Virus record (IMG/VR): IMGVR_UViG_3300025276_000005
Location: 1 to 57,552 of that record
Direction: 5' to 3' (one strand)
From: a virus
Lineage: Duplodnaviria > Caudoviricetes
DNA length: 57,552 nucleotides
In this document: positions 44,575-54,200 of the stretch, piece by piece
How the letters are laid out: the number at the start of each line of letters is the position of its first letter
Numbering within the stretch: position 1 is the first letter of the stretch
Notes under the pieces: generated by a model
Told to the model about the DNA's origin: nothing
The model's input: the letters and a program-made list of their open reading frames with translations, nothing else
Databases searched by the model: none
Position numbers and translations under genes: made by a program

Positions 44575-45812
44575 AAACTGTTCAGTGGAGAGAATACCAA
44601 TCGGATATAATTGGTAGAGCCACAAACATACTGAAGACCAAGAACTTCGTGTACCTAGCAATGGAAGTTAGGACGGGAAAGACTTTAACAAGTCTTGGTA
44701 TATGTGAGAAAATGGAGGCTCAGAATGTTCTGTTCCTAACTAAAAAGAAAGCGGTGCAGTCAATTAGCGATGACTACGACAAGTTATGCCCTATTCGATT
44801 CACTTTGTTTACAATCAACTACGAATCAATGCACAAGGCTCCTAACTTAAAGTGGGACTTAATTATATGTGACGAGGCTCATAGTCTTGGAGCGTTTCCT
44901 AAACCAAATAACAGGTCAAAAGCTGTAAGGGATTTAATATTAAAGACTAAGGCAAAGGTTATACTCTTATCAGGGACACCAACTCCTGAGTCTTATAGTC
45001 AGATGTACCATCAGATATATGGAATCAAGGGAAACCCGTTTGCTAACTTTAAGAACTTCTATAGGTTCTGCGATAGGTTTGTAGATGTAAGAGAGAGAAA
45101 GATAAACGGTCTAATGATTAGAGATTACTCAAAAGGTAGACAAGAGATATTGGATGCGGTTAAACCATTCACTATAAGCTTAACTCAGAAGGAAGCCGGT
45201 TTTGTAACTGAGACCACAGAAGAAGTTCTTGAGGTGAAGATGCTCGATACCACGTACAACCTAGCCAAGAAGCTAAAGAAAGATTTAGTTGTTGAAGGTT
45301 CAGACGAGGTTGTGTTAGCAGACACTCCGGTAAAGTTGATGATGAAGTTACATCAGATATACTCAGGCAGTGTGAAGTTTGAGAGTGGTAACTCAAAGAT
45401 ACTTGACTACTCTAAGGCTGAATTTATTAAGGAGCATTTCAAAGGTAAGAAGATTGGTATCTTCTATAAGTTCAAGGAAGAGTTGAACGCCTTAAAGCAA
45501 GTGTTTGGTGATGAGTTAGTAACTGAGCTTAGTCCGTTCGAGCGGACTAATAAGAATATAGCCCTTCAGATTGTATCAGGACGTGAGGGCATCTCACTGA
45601 GACACGCTGACTGTTTGGTTTACTACAACATTGACTTCAGTGCTACAAGCTATTGGCAGTCAAAGGATAGGATGACAACCAAAGAGCGTCTTAAAAACAA
45701 GGTCTATTGGATATTTGCCAAGGGAGGTATTGAGACTGAGATATATAAGGCGGTTACAAAGAAGAAGGATTATACACTAAGACACTTTAAAAGAGATTTA
45801 TTATCTTTATAG
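44568..45812 (+). CDS. SF2 (SNF2-like) helicase (start re-called at ATG 44568)
   Basis: REYQ, MEVRTGKT, DEAH, LSGTP, SGREGISL, QSKDR. Confidence 0.85.
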   Translation: MVETVQWREYQSDIIGRATNILKTKNFVYLAMEVRTGKTLTSLGICEKMEAQNVLFLTKKKAVQSISDDYDKLCPIRFTLFTINYESMHKAPNLKWDLIICDEAHSLGAFPKPNNRSKAVRDLILKTKAKVILLSGTPTPESYSQMYHQIYGIKGNPFANFKNFYRFCDRFVDVRERKINGLMIRDYSKGRQEILDAVKPFTISLTQKEAGFVTETTEEVLEVKMLDTTYNLAKKLKKDLVVEGSDEVVLADTPVKLMMKLHQIYSGSVKFESGNSKILDYSKAEFIKEHFKGKKIGIFYKFKEELNALKQVFGDELVTELSPFERTNKNIALQIVSGREGISLRHADCLVYYNIDFSATSYWQSKDRMTTKERLKNKVYWIFAKGGIETEIYKAVTKKKDYTLRHFKRDLLSL

Positions 45813-45813
45813 A

Positions 45814-46065
45814 ATGACAGAGCAACAGATACAATCAAAGAGAATCAAGCAGTTAGAATCCGAGGGCTATTATGTCTTGAAGTTAGTAAAGACTAATAAG
45901 AATGGGATTCCTGACTTGGTTGCCTTTAAACCAAACGCTGACGTGCTATTCAGTGAAGTGAAGAGACCTACAGGTGTGGTATCTAAGTTACAGGAGTATA
46001 GACTTAAAGAATTAGAAGGGTATGGATTCAGAACAGAAGTCTACAGAGGGGAAGAAGACGCTTAG
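45814..46065 (+). CDS. VRR-NUC domain nuclease
   Basis: EQQIQ...NGIPDL...FSEVKRPTG..SKLQEYR. Confidence 0.85.
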   Translation: MTEQQIQSKRIKQLESEGYYVLKLVKTNKNGIPDLVAFKPNADVLFSEVKRPTGVVSKLQEYRLKELEGYGFRTEVYRGEEDA

Positions 46066-46354
46066 ATTTGATGCTGCGTTTATGGATTACCTATCAGACT
46101 TTTACGAGGATGAGCAGGACGATATAATCAAGCAGTTAATATTTAACGATGACATTCTACCTAAGCAAGACGATTACACTCAGCATTTAGGGGGTAGGCT
46201 GAATAATAATAAGGTTTACTTTATACTAGAGTTTATAAATGAGACCCATTACGAAAGCCCTATCTATTTAGATGTTGAGGAGATAACACTAGACGAGTAT
46301 TTAGATTTAATGATTAAAAAAGAAACACTACAAAGAGATGAAGACGGGATTTAG
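46022..46354 (+). CDS. Acidic hypothetical protein
   Basis: 110-aa ORF. Confidence 0.55.
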   Translation: MDSEQKSTEGKKTLRFDAAFMDYLSDFYEDEQDDIIKQLIFNDDILPKQDDYTQHLGGRLNNNKVYFILEFINETHYESPIYLDVEEITLDEYLDLMIKKETLQRDEDGI

Positions 46355-46874
46355 AGAAGAGACAATACTAGAGAAAAGCGATAGACTATTATCTATCGTT
46401 GAGTCAGTTTACAGTTTAGACTTAAAAATAAAGAGCAGAAAGAGGGAGTATGTATCAGCTAGAATTTCATACTGCGTAATGCTTAGGGATTTAGGTTTTG
46501 GGTACGCTAAAATTGGAAAGATTGTGGGTAAGTGCCACGCTACAATAATCTACTACTATAATTTGTTTGATGCTTACGAGAAGACTGATAATAGATTTAG
46601 AAAGTTTCACGAAAAAATACTTTATCAATTCCATAAAGATGACGTTACTATTTTTGATGTGGAAAAGTTAGAGTTAGAAAGTAAAGTTAATATTTTGAAT
46701 TTAAGGGTAAAAGAATTAGATTCGCACAACGCAAATCTCACATCTAAACTTGAAAGAATAGAGGAGTACAATAAAAAGAACGAGTCTATGCACAGGTTAA
46801 TAAACCAAAAGGTTACACCTGCAACAGAAAAAGAAATAGAGTTAAAGTTAAATAGGTTTTTCAATGGGCTATAG
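46338..46874 (+). CDS. DnaA domain IV-like HTH protein with a C-terminal coiled coil
   Basis: KSRKREYVSAR...LGFGYAKIGKIVGKCHATIIY. Confidence 0.7.
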   Translation: MKTGFREETILEKSDRLLSIVESVYSLDLKIKSRKREYVSARISYCVMLRDLGFGYAKIGKIVGKCHATIIYYYNLFDAYEKTDNRFRKFHEKILYQFHKDDVTIFDVEKLELESKVNILNLRVKELDSHNANLTSKLERIEEYNKKNESMHRLINQKVTPATEKEIELKLNRFFNGL

Positions 46875-47100
46875 TAAAGATAATTTAGAGGAGTTAATGG
46901 GCGTAAGTTCTTTAACCACTAAGCAGAAAATAGATGAGCTACTACGTATAGATTGTAAGATGTATACCAACCTAGGTTCAGACTCTACAGCTAAAGAAGT
47001 TAGCTTAGTTAAGACGTTATCTAAAAAGATATACAAACACATAAAGGTATTAGACCCAACTATGGGTAAAACTTTTCTAACCGCAATAGACTCAAAGTAA
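46864..47100 (+). CDS. Hypothetical protein
   Basis: 78-aa ORF. Confidence 0.6.
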   Translation: MGYSKDNLEELMGVSSLTTKQKIDELLRIDCKMYTNLGSDSTAKEVSLVKTLSKKIYKHIKVLDPTMGKTFLTAIDSK

Positions 47101-47101
47101 A

Positions 47102-47290
47102 ATGTCGTTAACATACTATCAACAATCAAGATTAAAGAATATAAACCTGTTGATGGATGAGATACACGACTCTACTAATAAGGTCTACGAACACTTAGCT
47201 GACAAGGAAAGTAAAGAGGCTAAGGCAGAGGTTAGAGCATTGATTAAGAAGCTAGATAATTTAATAAGCTCCTTAGAGGATGAGTCTTAA
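47102..47290 (+). CDS. Small coiled-coil protein
   Basis: 62-aa ORF. Confidence 0.55.
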   Translation: MSLTYYQQSRLKNINLLMDEIHDSTNKVYEHLADKESKEAKAEVRALIKKLDNLISSLEDES

Positions 47291-47666
47291 AGTTTGCACC
47301 GACTGTAAGGAAGAGAGACCGCCAAATTATTATTGGTCAGCCGGAGTTAAGAACGGTAAGAAGTACTACAGAAATGTGTGCAAGATTTGCTACAATACCA
47401 CTAAGCATAGCTACAAGCATAAGATAAAGGCTTGGTTTAAAGATTATAAACAAAGCTTAGAGTGCTTAAAGTGTGGGTACTCTAAGAAGACACACAAGAC
47501 ATTTAATGTTAAAGCTCTAGAGTTTCATCATACAGATGAAAACAAGGAGTTCTCTGTGTCTGAGGGAGTTTGTGATGGGTTAGCAATCAAGAGGATAATT
47601 AAAGAAATAAAAAAGTGTCAGGTACTTTGTGCTCGATGTCACGCAGAGCACCACTATGAGGTTTGA
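47280..47666 (+). CDS. HNH-family endonuclease with Zn-binding CxxC motifs
   Basis: CTDC, CKIC, CLKCG...LEFHH...KCQVLCARCHAEHH. Confidence 0.8.
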   Translation: MSLKVCTDCKEERPPNYYWSAGVKNGKKYYRNVCKICYNTTKHSYKHKIKAWFKDYKQSLECLKCGYSKKTHKTFNVKALEFHHTDENKEFSVSEGVCDGLAIKRIIKEIKKCQVLCARCHAEHHYEV

Positions 47667-48066
47667 AAATAAAGCTGACTTAATAAGAGAGGAGCAGGCT
47701 ATACAAAAGTTTGTTGATATTTTCGGTGGTAGCTTCAAGAAGTTAGGACCGAACGATATCGATTACAGAGTGTTTAATAGCAGCAAAGAACTCATTGCTT
47801 ATGTTGAGGTTAAAGGAAGGTTAAGACCCCTTAAAGAAGCTTATCCTCTACCTGTTTCGGCTAGTAAGATAGTCAGGCTATGCGATAAGAGGTTGAATCC
47901 TGTAATGATATGGGCGTGTGAGGATGGCATCATCTACGCTAAGGTTTCGGAAATACAGGGCGATGTTAGGTGGGGCGGTAGAAAGCCAAGGGCTAGCTCA
48001 GTTAATGACGAGGAGCTAATGATTTATTATAACCAACAAAAAGGATTTAAGTATGTACGATTCTGA
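47656..48066 (+). CDS. PD-(D/E)XK nuclease-like protein (start probably ATG 47656)
   Basis: DIDYRV...IAYVEVKGR. Confidence 0.65.
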   Translation: MRFENKADLIREEQAIQKFVDIFGGSFKKLGPNDIDYRVFNSSKELIAYVEVKGRLRPLKEAYPLPVSASKIVRLCDKRLNPVMIWACEDGIIYAKVSEIQGDVRWGGRKPRASSVNDEELMIYYNQQKGFKYVRF

Positions 48067-48219
48067 GACACCTGACATCAAAGAGTTTATCTTTGCAGTC
48101 GTTGTAAATGCAATAATTCTTTATACAATATACTACTATATATAAAAAGTATTAGTATATTTGCTCTGACTATTGTACTAAATGAGTTGAACTTGACGTT
48201 GACATGTGTAGTTCTATTG

Positions 48220-48251
48220 GAGAGTCCGTGTGAACGGACTCTCTTTTTTTT
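48220..48251 (+). terminator. Terminator between the two converging arms
   Basis: GAGAGTCCGT-GTGA-ACGGACTCTC followed by T8. Confidence 0.85.
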
Positions 48252-51200
48252 ATCTACCACTAAATTTTCCTTTGTTTCTTATACCTCTCTTAGTAGACTT
48301 ACTTTTTTTCTTCTTCTTCTTGTAATTATATAGAGCGTCCTTTTCAGCTTGCTTAGCTTTTCGTTCTATAGCCTTAGCTTTTTTCTCAGCAACTCTATCT
48401 AAGTATCCTTCAGATTCAGGACCGAATGTCTTACGCCATAGTGCTTTGTCATAACGCTTCATATCAGTCTCACTATTATACTGACCTAGCTTATCTTTCT
48501 TTATCTGAGTTTCTGATGTACCTTTAGGTCTATAAGATGAGCTTACACCAAGTACATCATACATATTTTCCTCACTAAAATCTCCTTGGAAAGCATTCGC
48601 AAGTCCAATAAACGGGTCGAACTGAACACCTAAACCAATCTCGGTTAGAGTTCTTACAGCACTACCTATTGCTTTAGATTCACCATTTTCCTTATCTTCC
48701 TTTGATAGCTTAGCTAGTTTAGTAAACTTTCGAGACACAGAACTAAACGGATTTACTACGCTATCTATTGGTCTACTACTGTTACCTCTCATCTTATTGA
48801 CTGCTTCCTCAGCAGATGCACCGAAGTAAGGAATCTGATATATAAGATTAAGACCCATCATTGCATCTTTCATCTTATCTAAAGCCTCCTCTCTATCCTC
48901 ATCCTCGCCCTTAATAAACTTAGCTATGTTAGCCGCAAGTGCGAACATAACATTTGCGACTCCAAGGTTTAATACAAGACCTCTAACACTTTTAGCTGAG
49001 GGTTTCTCGCCCTGACTTACCGACCTAAGTATGTTAGTGGTAGACTGCATCACCTTGTTCATCTGTAAAAAAACAGTACTACCGAACATAGTAAAACCAC
49101 GAACTAAGGAGTTGCTATCCATTTGTAGAGGTATCTTATCTGTACTTCTTCTTGATTGCTGAGTAGTGTTATAGTCCTCAAACTTTGCAACAGCATCAGC
49201 TTCACTCATACCATTAGCAATATCTCTATTGAAGTTAATCATATACCCCATAACACCAAGTACATCACCAAGAACAGTTGGGCTACCTGCAGCAGCTTTT
49301 AACATCCTAAAGGCTTTACTTTTCTGAGATTGAGACGCAGGTTTATATGTTACTGAGCCTGTCTCAAGACCATACACATCACCCTCTAGTCCTTTAAGTA
49401 GACGCTCTTGAAACATAGGTGATAAATTCCAAGCCTTTTTTATTTGTGAAGGCATAGTCGCTATAACTTTAGCTCCATCAACCATAAACATTAATAAGTC
49501 AAGCCCCGGTACTTTTGACTTACCCTTACCTCTGTACGAGTAATCTTCAAAAGCATTTACAAAAGAAGTGGACTGCTTAAGAATCTGAACAGCCTTGAAT
49601 GCTAGAGCAAAACCTGTGTACTTAGTCATTAACTTATCAACAAGGTTTGACTGAATAGCAGCCTTACCACCGTTAGGATTAACAGCGTAGTTGATTGCAT
49701 TCTTTACAGCCTTACCAAGACCTGTCTCAGTCAATAAGGTATTAACAGATTTGAACTTAAATATAGCATTCATCTTCTTAACCCCCTTAGCGTAACCCTT
49801 ATACCTCTCGATAGTTTCAAAGTGGTCTTGAAGAGTAGAGGTAAAATCTGAACCTCTAAGGTCTACATCACCCGTTAAATCAACCCTTTCTTTTAAGGCA
49901 GGAGCAGTCTGTGCATTAAACACACCACTAAAATCACCGTTCTCTAATAGGTCAGCGTTAACTTTAGTCTGAATAGTTTGAGTTGGAAAGTAATTATCAA
50001 CATACCCTAGGTTTACGTTGTTGACATCAGAATAAACCTCATTAGTATTCTCGAAGTACTCGGTACTTAAATACTCTACTGTCTTATCTACAAACTCAAC
50101 AACCTCTTTACCTAAGATAGATTCAATCTCTTTCAGCTTTGAATCAGTAAGACCCTGAGCGAGTAGCTTATCACGTTGAACCTTATTCTTACTAAGAGCG
50201 TAGAGTCTCATAAGTTGGTCTGCATTGAAAGAATCGCTAGATAACACACCGCCCTTAGAAGTTTTTAATCCTGTAATCTTATGAACTCCTGTGGCAAGTT
50301 TTTTCTTAATGTCCTTGTAGCTATCTATACCGTCAATGGTTTTAGCTATCTCATCCATCTTAGTACGAGTATTCTGAAGACCTTTAGTATATACACTCTC
50401 CATCTTATTAAGAGCGTTGTACACGTTTTCTGTAAAGAAAGAACCAACCTTATCAAGACCATTAGTAAGAGTACCTAGGTGCTTTAAGTTATTACCTATA
50501 GCTTGAAGCATTTTACCTACGTTGGTGTAGCTAAACTCCTTAGCGTATTTATTTATAGCCTCACCTAACCCCTTACCAAATAACTCAATACGTCTATCAT
50601 CTCTGTCAGAGTCTAGTTGATTTTTATCCTTAGGTTTACCGTCTTCAAAAAGCTCTGAGTAACCATCCTCAATGTCCTTATCAGCTTGATTCTTAGTCTC
50701 TTTAACCTCAGCTCTGAACGCATCAAGTTTTTTCTTAAGCTCCATACGACCACCTTCTTGACCTCGTTTAATATCTTCAAGTAGTTGTTCAACCTGCTCA
50801 AGACTCATATCTCTGAGCCCATCTACAGACTCGAATATCTCTGAGGCATATAGCTGAGACTTTTCTTTGTTGGTTAACTCTGAAAATTCTTTTTGCAGTA
50901 TGGTATCAATATCAGGGAATAAGGATTTCTTTATATCATCAGCATCAATCTTTACAGGCTTACCATCTATCGTTGCAAGGACTTTATTAAGTACAGCCTC
51001 CATAACCTCAAAGAACTGCTGACTATCAGCATCTACAGATTTAGTTTTCTTTGCAGACTTAGATACTCTTTTACGAATTTCAGATATTAAAGTCTTCTTA
51101 TATTTATCTTCAGACTTATTGTATACGTTAGCCATATAATCCATAAAGCTATCTATAGACACCTCGTTTAGAACATCTACCTTCGCAAACCTATTTAATA

Positions 51201-54200
51201 TCCTCTGTGCCTGACCGTTTGTTATAGAGCCTTTCTTAACTAGAGCCTTAACATTCTCAGTTATTAACTTACTAGACTCTTGTATAGCTTGCTGTGCAGT
51301 CTTAGCACCTTCTTGCAAATCTTTTAATCTCTTAGCGTATAGCTTCTTATCTGTAGTTGTTATCTCCTTACCGAAGTTGCTGTCAAGAGTTGCTTTAGAT
51401 GGTGAGGACTTTTCTTTTAGAGAAAGTTTCTTACGAACACCACGAACTAATTCCTCACGAACAACGTCTGAAGCTCTTTCATATAAAGGTGTAGACTTTA
51501 AATACTCTATAGCATTTTTAAGCAGAATTTCCTGACTAACCTTTGGTGTAATATTCTTAGGACCTTTGTTGTTGTTTTTCTTATTAGCTCTATCTTGAGT
51601 TCTCTTTATAATATCATCAATAGCGTTCTCAACCTTCTTAGAACCCGGTACTAAATCCTCGGTAACCTTAGCTTTAGGTGCTGATTTTTTATTGGTAGCT
51701 AAAACCTCTGATATTAAGTTTGATTCTACACCTTTTTGTTTAAGTAGCTCACCTATAACCACCTCAGAGTATCCAAGACCACGTAGTTTTTCTACAGCAG
51801 ACTTTACCGCTTTTTTATTAGAAGAGTCTCCTAACTCAAACCTAGCCTTGGATGCTTGAGCCTCAGCCTTTGCATCGAATTTGGTTTTAGATTTAGCATC
51901 TAAAGGTTTACCACTAAACAAGTCAGCAAGACCTGTGTTAATAAATTCATCAAGCGTTAGATTCTCTATGTCCTTTATATTGCCTTTAAACAATTCATCA
52001 GACGTAGTAAAGTTTTGTTTTATGTATTTAAAGGTAGCATTCATCCACTCCTTAAACTTAGACTTCTGAGCAGCATTAGTGATAGTCTCACCTTTAGTAG
52101 CCATAAGTTCTACTAAGGCTTCTTCTCTAGCTAACTTCGTATCACCATACTTTTCAATCGCAGCTTTTAAGGCATCAGTACCTTCAACTAATTTTAAACC
52201 ACGAGCCAAAAGAGCTGTACCTTTTTTACCTGAAGCATCTGAACGTAAGAAATCAGTCCATATATGACCGAACTCGTGTATTGGTGTAGCTAAAGAATCA
52301 AATGCAGGGTTTATAAATATCTTACCATCCTTAGTTAGACCAAGGATAGTTTTACCATTAGATTCTTGAGTTCTAACACCGGGTTGGTCTAGTATAGCAT
52401 CAAACTCAACCTGACTTGTTGCTACATTAACTGATGGGAATGCAAACTTTAATTTACCTATAAGTATGTCAAGGTTTGATTGCTTCGTTTTAGCAGGGTC
52501 AGATTGAAAAACCTTATCGTTAAAGAAAGCCCCACCAACTTGCTGTGCTGTGGCTTCTTTAGTAGGGAACTCACCTTTTTTATTTCTCTTAAAAACTCTA
52601 CTAGCCTTAGCTTTCCAAGTTGAGAATACGTCAATACCGTGTTTTGGTTTAGAGATTAAAGCTATCGCTTTACCTTTAGGTCCGAATCCATAGTTATCGT
52701 GAGAAACTTTTGTAACACCGCCTTTATCTGTAACGTCAATACCAACAACAGCAACTATATCTCCGTGTGCTCCCTTAATCATTGAAGGTTCTCCTATTGC
52801 TTTGTATATATTATCAGCAAAGAAAGCGTCTACATTAAACTTAGGGTTTCCTTCAGCTAAAGATTTTATTACAGCCCTATTATTTTTTTTAGCTCCCGGA
52901 GGATATATGATTGATTCAAACAATAACTTCCTATCATCAAGAGTTAAGGTATTCATATCACCCTTAGCTCTTTGGTTTGCTTGTTTAACAACTAAATCAG
53001 CTAACTGCCCTAGGGTTTTAATCTTATTCTTCTTAATAAATTCTTGTAGCTTAATAGCTGCAGCCACTTTCTTCTTCCCTACTGTAGATTTTTGAGAAGA
53101 AGTCTTAGCTTTATCTAAACTAACTTGTAAATCAGCTAAAGCCTTTACTTGATTCTTTTTTGGGGCAGACTTTATTGCCGGGCTTACATATCTGAATATA
53201 GCTTCATTAGAATTAATAGCACTATCAGACATTCTAGCTATAGCCATAGGTACGTGACCTTGAGGTAATTTTCCGTCATCCCATAGCTTATCAAACAACA
53301 CTTTGTTTTCTTCATATAATCTTACAGCGTTGTCAAATTGAGTTTTAGCACCATCTTCATTTACACCTGCCCAAGCGGCTTCTGTATTCTTACCTAGTAT
53401 ATTAAACATTATGCCCCCGTCAACATCCATATTGTTTCCTTGAGCATCTTTAACTGTACCGGAAGCGAGGATGTCTGACATACCTGTTAACATTGGTATA
53501 CCATCAAAGAAGTCAAGAGGCTTAAGCAAATCGTTCTCACTCTTAACACCTATAAAGTCTAGAGCTTTTTGAGTAATCTTTTTAATCGAGTTACTTTCTT
53601 TTATTGGGTTAACTTCATAATCCCTAGAAGCTCCTGATGCTTTAAACTCAATCTCATTCTTATCCATCTTATTCATCTCCTCAGTAATAGCAGATGTTTC
53701 TTGGTCTTGAGTTTCTAATCCATCTAATCTAAACCTAGGAGTAGATTCCTCTGCAACAACCTCTTCCGTTGGAGTGATTGCATCAAGCTCAGACAAGTCT
53801 ATTCTCTCGTCTGCTTCAATCGCATCTACCTCAGCTTGGACTTCCGGGCTGACATCAGATTCTTGAACTTCTTGTGTAGTCTCTGTGGTAAGTTCGCTGA
53901 CTTCGGAGTCTCCCTCTCCCACTGTTTGGCTATCTCCGGCTTGTTCTTGTACATCCACCGTCTCTGTGCTTGGCTCTTGAATGGCATCGGCTTGTTCTTT
54001 TAAAATTTGTTGTTGTTTTTCTGATATCTGCTCAGGTGTTGGGTTTATAACACCCTCCTCTGCTAATTTTTTAGCAGCAAACTCTTCAGTCACTACATTA
54101 GTTGTAGTACTAACATCGTCACCATCAACTGTAATGTCAGTCTCTCTAGCCTCACCTTCTGTGATAGGATTCTCTTGGAGATTCTTTATCTCCTCTTTAA

